From positions 1-64,000 of the forward strand of contig JAYZAY010000064.1 of NCBI GenBank assembly GCA_036339465.1: DNA of 64,000 nucleotides, given 5' to 3'. The first letter of the stretch is position 1, and each line of letters begins with the position of its first letter. Made by a program: the position numbers and the translations under genes. Source of the DNA: Myxococcota bacterium (lineage in GTDB: Bacteria > Myxococcota > XYA12-FULL-58-9 > JABJBS01). A model generated the notes under the pieces. That model did not search any database. It was not told where the DNA came from and worked only from the letters and a program-made list of their open reading frames with translations. Shown here one piece after another: positions 58,704-64,000 of the stretch.

Positions 58704-60815
58704 GTCAACCCCAATCTTTTTGTTGCACCTGAACAAAAGCAAACCACCATGGCAGCCCTTGGGTTCCGAGACACTGATTTCATGGAGAACCTTGTTAGTA
58801 AAGAATTACTTTTCTCGAAAATTCAGATGGTTAAAGGACTCTGAAATCCCCATCGAATCAGCATCTCGACCAAAAGCACCTAGGCCATGGCGCATTCCAA
58901 AAATTGGATTCGGTCACGATTTTAAGTCCTTTTCCCCATGGCACCGCACAAAACATGGGAAGAAACGGATTCCTATCCATCCAATCAATCAATTCTGAAT
59001 TAAACAGCGCAGCAACACCCCACATGACCCACATGACTGGCCATATTCTACCCCCTGAAACTCTGAGTTCGAATCCGTTCAAGAGCGAGAAAGCCGACCA
59101 TAAGCGCCCAAGTGAGAAAGCTCAGTGAATGAAGTCATTGCCTCACTTCTCGAAAGTCGTTGTGAACCCTCTATCCAAACCACCATCTCAGAATAATCGG
59201 AAATTCTACTCTTCAGCACACAAAACCGAAAAACGATTGCCATAAAGGCAAGAAGACCTCAACAAAGCCAAAAGCCCCCTTGTCATCTAGGAGTAACACC
59301 CACCCAGCTGTAGAGAGAATAAACGCGCCATGAATTCCGAATGTGCCACATAGAATTATCCGGGTCATAGCCATTAGGAAAACGCCCGCAGACAATTAAA
59401 TTAAAAAATCATCGGACATCACCATCATCCCCATGAACAAAGCCACATTCAATAACCTCGCTTAGGGGCATTCATAAAAGGGAGTTTAGGTTCAGTTCCA
59501 CAATAAATGTCAAAAGAAGAAGAAGGGAATGGCCCATACTCGTTGTCCTCACCAATAATCTTCTTTTGAGGAAGAGCGAAGACCTACATCAATGACATCG
59601 GCCGGATGATTCTCGTAATAGATGAAGCCTCCAATGACTGAAAAACGCGCTATTATATCCCAAAATCGACACTAATTATTGGTCATAAGATCGCGGGCTT
59701 AATATGTTCTAAAAAGGATTGACCGAAAGAGATACTCCATTCAGCACCGACACAGATTTACTCCGACCAACGATGCATTCCAATCCGAAATCAACCGACA
59801 TTTTACTTTGCCCCCAAACAAAGAGAGTAAAACTCGCAAACTCGCCATGCCTACTACTCCTGGTCCTAAAGTTGAGACGTCGTATCAAGAGCCGGACTTC
59901 CTGGCTAAATTGGTTTGGCAGCAATACGAGAGCCCCAAATTAAATCGGAATACGACACCTCATTCTCAAAGAAGCAACAATTAAATCACTCTCTAGACAA
60001 TTCGTTACACCTTATCGCAATAGGCATCTGCACCCCCCATCGCCTTGGGAAAAGCGACAAAATAGATCAACTTCCCCGACTCCTTATCCGCCCCCAAAAA
60101 TTTCCTGAATCAAGAAAAAGACCAAGATTTGAGTCACCCAAGCGTCACTCTGCGTCAATTCTGAAACCGAAACACGAAGTATTTCAACTTAACTTTTGTC
60201 GTAAACACAAATGCCACCATCACCCTCATTAACTTGGGACAACTCTCTCCAATCGCCGTACCTTTGAGCAAAGAATGACAAGAGAAACAACGCCCACCCC
60301 AATCATTCCACAAACCCCAAGTAGTAGGTTGCCATAAATTCGGCCACCTTAACTAAATCCTGAAAATAAAACGGAATTGGCATGTTGGGATTGTTGCATT
60401 ATCGAGCATTGTGGTTAATGATTCTCTTATGATAATCACATGCACCCAAAATGCGAGGATAATCGAAGTAGGGACTTTGATTAAAAACATTTACGGTGAA
60501 AAGAGGAAAAGCTCGAGCCATCTTACAAATCTCAATAACAGCTCTTTGAGGACCGACCTTGAGCTTAATCAAGACATCTGTTCAGGAAGATTTTTTATGA
60601 GGGGTGATGATAAGTCTTGGAATCGGAATTTTCCTGTTCTCAGTGATTGTTTCAAAATCCTGTTTTGCTTGTAATTCAGGAGAAGAGTATAAGAATAGTG
60701 CTCGCCACACAGGTGGTGATCCACGAAAGGAAAATTGGGGCCTAGGCATAATGCCTTAAGTTTCGTTTTTCGACCTCTCGCTTGCATAGACAGGCGATAA
60801 CAAGGGAGTTTAGAG

Positions 60816-61253
60816 TTGGCAGCTAAGAAAAAGAAACCAGCAGCAAAGAAACCAGCAGCAAAGAAACCTGCAGCAAAGAAACCTGCAGCAAAGAAACCTG
60901 CTGCAAAGAAACCAGCAGCAAAGAAACCTGCAGCAAAGAAACCTGCTGCTAAGAAAAAGGTAGCGGCGAAGAAGCCTGCTGCCAAGAAAAAGGTAGCGGC
61001 GAAGCAGCCTGCTAAGAAAGCAGCAGCTAACCGAGCACCGACTTTGACCAAGAAAAACTTCAAGTGGGATGAGGGACTGACTGGCAAATCTAAGTCACGT
61101 AAGACTCCATTTGATACCATGGATCAAGTGGAGGCAAAGCATATCAAGTCTGTGCTTGATGCTTACGGCGGAGATATTCAAAGAACTGGGCTTGCTCTTG
61201 GAATTGCCCGGTCCACTGTCTACCGAAAAATGAAGCGTTATAAGCTTCGCTAG
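60816..61253 (+). CDS. Histone H1-like (KKPAA)n protein fused to a Fis-type HTH
   Basis: TTG start after AGGGAG; 8 tandem KKPAA plus variants; C-terminal TMDQVEAKHI..VL...GGDIQRTGLALGIARSTVYRKMKRY. Confidence 0.88.
   Translation: MAAKKKKPAAKKPAAKKPAAKKPAAKKPAAKKPAAKKPAAKKPAAKKKVAAKKPAAKKKVAAKQPAKKAAANRAPTLTKKNFKWDEGLTGKSKSRKTPFDTMDQVEAKHIKSVLDAYGGDIQRTGLALGIARSTVYRKMKRYKLR
60831..60950 (+). repeat. 15-bp coding tandem repeat x8 (KKPAA)
   Basis: AAGAAACC(A/T)GC(A/T)GC(A/T) units differing only at synonymous sites. Confidence 0.93.
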
Positions 61254-61410
61254 AACCCTAACCTACTGTTTTTATTAAGTAAGCCTCCTATTTCACCGCC
61301 TCATTTCCGCGCGCACAACTTCCTGGTGACAAACCCTGGAGTTTTCTGCATAAGTCTATCTCAAAATAGCGCCCCTTCTTCATTCGATGTAAGGGTAAGG
61401 AGGTAGACGC

Positions 61411-62238
61411 ATGTCTCAAGACCAAACAGAACTAAAAAGGCGAATCGACGAAGCCTTCCAAAATAGGGATCTACTTCAAAGCTCCGAATACGTAGAGGCC
61501 ATCCAACAAACAGTTGCTCTCCTAGACCGAGGGCATCTCCGAATAGCAACACCGACTGACGATGACTGGAAGGTCCACACATGGCTTAAGAAAGCGGTTC
61601 TCCTTTACTTTGTAACCGCCAAAATGGAAACCATGGAGCTAGGGCCTTTCGAGTTTTTTGATAAGATTCCCCTTAAACGCAATTTAAAGGAGCAAGGCAT
61701 TCGCGTCGTTCCCCCGGGAACAGCCCGATTTGGTTCTCACCTTGAGCCTGGTGCCGTTCTCATGCCTGGTTACGTAAATATTGGTGCCTACATCGGAGCA
61801 CATACGATGGTGGATACTTGGGCAACCGTCGGTTCATGTGCGCAAATCGGGAAAAGCGTCCACCTGTCTGGAGGAGTAGGCATCGGTGGAGTATTAGAGC
61901 CACCACAAGCCGCCCCCGTCATCATTGAAGACAACGCATTCATCGGCTCACGCTGTATCGTCGTCGAGGGCGTCCGCATAGGCCAGGCCGCAGTTCTCGG
62001 CGCCGGCGTAACACTCACAGCATCAACCCCCATCATCGACGTTACGGGCCCCCACGAAAAGGTCATGAAGGGACGCGTACCGCCCAGAAGTGTCGTGGTT
62101 CCTGGAAGTAGACCGAAAAAATTTCCCGCTGGCGAATACCTCATGCCATGCGCGCTTATCATTGGTGAGCGCCGTCAAAGCACGGACGAAAAAACCTCAC
62201 TCAATGATGTTCTCCGGGAATTTGAATTGCAGATCTAG
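61411..62238 (+). CDS. dapD: Tetrahydrodipicolinate N-succinyltransferase
   Basis: WLKKAVLLYF, DKIPLK, MVDTWATVGSCAQIG, GVLEP, hexapeptide repeats. Confidence 0.96.
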   Translation: MSQDQTELKRRIDEAFQNRDLLQSSEYVEAIQQTVALLDRGHLRIATPTDDDWKVHTWLKKAVLLYFVTAKMETMELGPFEFFDKIPLKRNLKEQGIRVVPPGTARFGSHLEPGAVLMPGYVNIGAYIGAHTMVDTWATVGSCAQIGKSVHLSGGVGIGGVLEPPQAAPVIIEDNAFIGSRCIVVEGVRIGQAAVLGAGVTLTASTPIIDVTGPHEKVMKGRVPPRSVVVPGSRPKKFPAGEYLMPCALIIGERRQSTDEKTSLNDVLREFELQI

Positions 62239-62342
62239 ACACGAGGCAAGATTGTTGAACCATGACCTCGTCTTCTGTGAAAGCGTCGAGAACCATCAAA
62301 CAGCGGATCCAATAGACCCCAAAAAGCTCCAAATGGTATGCG

Positions 62343-63380
62343 ATGAATAGCCACTATCTAAAGACCGAAATCGGTCAAATCGAGACTCTCTTCACCACTG
62401 CACCCCAACCAGAGGACTGGCTCCGAAAATTGGGCATGTCTCAACCACCTCCCATCAGCTTTCATCCTCAGGCCCTTGTACTCGGCAGCCTAAAAACACA
62501 AAAACCAACCATCGGGCTTGTTGTGCCACTGTACAATAACAACCTTTCCGACTCTCTCGACAATTTCCTCGACTCCAGTAATTTTGGACACCTAGCATCA
62601 GCACTGGCCCTACTCCGCTGGGCTAACAGTCAAGCCGACCTCCCAATTCGACCCGTTGTCATACCCTACCTAGAAAATCCCAATAACAACCAGTCTCCCT
62701 TGGAAAACCTCTTTCAAAAACAAAGAGATTTGAATCATCTAGATTTGGCACTAGTCCTGCACCCAACCGGAGGAAGACTGTGGTTGGGCTCAAAAAGCGA
62801 AGCTAGATTCAAACTAGAATACCAAGGAAACGAGGCAACGGGTACAGCCACACCTTTTTCTCACCTTGAAAAAGTCGCGGCACTACTCTCAAAATTGGCA
62901 CTAGAGCTCAAACATCCCCCCCATGAACGAAACGAGTTCGAAGACCAAAGCAGTGATATAAGCCTTCATCGAATCGAGACCGGGCCCACCAACCAGGCGA
63001 GCCACTGTCCTACCACCTTTTCCCTGACACTTACATGTAGACTCCCTGCCACAACATCCCATTTTCGACTTGAAGAATGGATTCAAAGCCACTTGGGCAA
63101 AAAACTTGGGCCAAGTAGCCACCAACTTAGATTTATCCCGGGCTTCAAGGGCGCATTACAACATCCCCTAGTCAAACAATGGGTCCGACGACAAGGGCTC
63201 AAAGCACTCGATGCAAAATCATGGAGCCCCACCGCCTACCTTCAACAATTTGACATCGATACCTTCGCCTTCGGTGTCAAGAAATCAACAAAAGACGGAA
63301 ATCGCAAAGCTCCCTATTTCGAATTGTTTAGAGTATTACGGGAACTCTTTGACTCGCCACTCGAAGACTTTGCCTCCTAA
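62343..63380 (+). CDS. Highly diverged DapE/M20-like protein without recognisable metal ligands
   Basis: Follows dapD; DLALVLHPTGGRLWLG resembles DLAIVLEPT; M20 dimerisation-like segment TNQASHCPTTFSLTLTCR; IDTFAFG. Confidence 0.5.
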   Translation: MNSHYLKTEIGQIETLFTTAPQPEDWLRKLGMSQPPPISFHPQALVLGSLKTQKPTIGLVVPLYNNNLSDSLDNFLDSSNFGHLASALALLRWANSQADLPIRPVVIPYLENPNNNQSPLENLFQKQRDLNHLDLALVLHPTGGRLWLGSKSEARFKLEYQGNEATGTATPFSHLEKVAALLSKLALELKHPPHERNEFEDQSSDISLHRIETGPTNQASHCPTTFSLTLTCRLPATTSHFRLEEWIQSHLGKKLGPSSHQLRFIPGFKGALQHPLVKQWVRRQGLKALDAKSWSPTAYLQQFDIDTFAFGVKKSTKDGNRKAPYFELFRVLRELFDSPLEDFAS

Positions 63381-63455
63381 AAAACGGGATTCGATGAAAG
63401 CGCTCCCAACAATAGCCGGCAGGAAAACGAACGGCCAATTACAAAAGGACAAAAT

Positions 63456-64000
63456 ATCAAAGTCCCCAAACTACACATCATCCTCGATACAAACTCTACC
63501 CCCAGCCTATCGTATTTGGAGCTAGCCCGAAAATGCCTAAGAGGACAAGCTCCCTTAATCCAATATAGGAATAAATCACAACACGACATGACTGTTATTG
63601 CTTCAGAACTCAAAGAGATTGCACAACTTTGCGAAGCGTTTACAGCGACCTGCGTCATCAACGACCACCCCCACCTCGCAAGTAACATCCTTGGGGTTGG
63701 TGCCCACGTTGGCCAAGCGGATATGTCTCCACAGCTCGCACGAACCAAGCTCGGTGCCAATCGATTGTTGGGATACACCATCAATACGCGAAGGCAACTG
63801 CTGCATTTATCTGGGGGCGATGTTGATTACATTGGGGTAGGCCCGGTCTTCGAAACCAATTCCAAAGCCAAGCCCGCCCCAACCCTCGGACTCAAGGAAT
63901 TGGAAAAAATAGTCAAAGTGAGTCCAGTTCCTGTCATTGCCATTGGGGGAATCACACCAAACCGAGTGGCGCCAGTCCTAAATACAGGCGCGCACGGTAT
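63456..64000 (+). CDS. thiE: Thiamine-phosphate synthase, partial (runs off the window; start codon atypical)
   Basis: Manual translation: IQYRNK, VINDH, HVGQAD, DYIGVGPVFETNSK, VIAIGGI. Confidence 0.9.
   Translation, partial: MKVPKLHIILDTNSTPSLSYLELARKCLRGQAPLIQYRNKSQHDMTVIASELKEIAQLCEAFTATCVINDHPHLASNILGVGAHVGQADMSPQLARTKLGANRLLGYTINTRRQLLHLSGGDVDYIGVGPVFETNSKAKPAPTLGLKELEKIVKVSPVPVIAIGGITPNRVAPVLNTGAHG

Noticed and set aside
58720..60674. Short ORFs (60-105 aa) in the secA upstream gap
   Set aside because: No recognisable motifs, weak starts, overlapping on both strands; not supportable individually
60569..61120. 183-aa minus-strand (AAGFF)n ORF
   Set aside because: Reverse complement of the KKPAA repeat; the plus-strand gene has the SD and HTH

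Overview
Gene-dense, moderate-GC bacterial chromosome segment whose gene content points to Myxococcota/deltaproteobacteria (inference from gene families, not a database result). Housekeeping genes include smpB, sucA-sucB-lpdA, priA, def-fmt, secA, dapD, a partial thiE and tRNA-Pro(UGG). The main feature is a ~15 kb non-flagellar type III secretion cluster (36.2-51.3 kb) in flagellar-like gene order, with an embedded FliA-type sigma factor, a FliG-like SctK and a FliO. It has no sctV, sctC or sctD in the window, but carries an unannotated gene trio that looks like needle co-chaperone, needle and TPR chaperone (YscE-F-G-like). Other notable elements: a histone-H1-like (KKPAA)n protein fused to a Fis-type HTH, an XPB-like helicase plus DUF790 (Bax1-like) nuclease pair, a lipase-FadL-LolA-like module divergent from a peptidase-propeller-Omp85 protein, several apparently inactive enzyme homologues (REC-REC-HD-GYP, two M20 proteins), a decayed ~180 bp tandem duplication, short tandem repeats and a ~2.2 kb stretch without a credible ORF. 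All calls come from reading motifs by eye.
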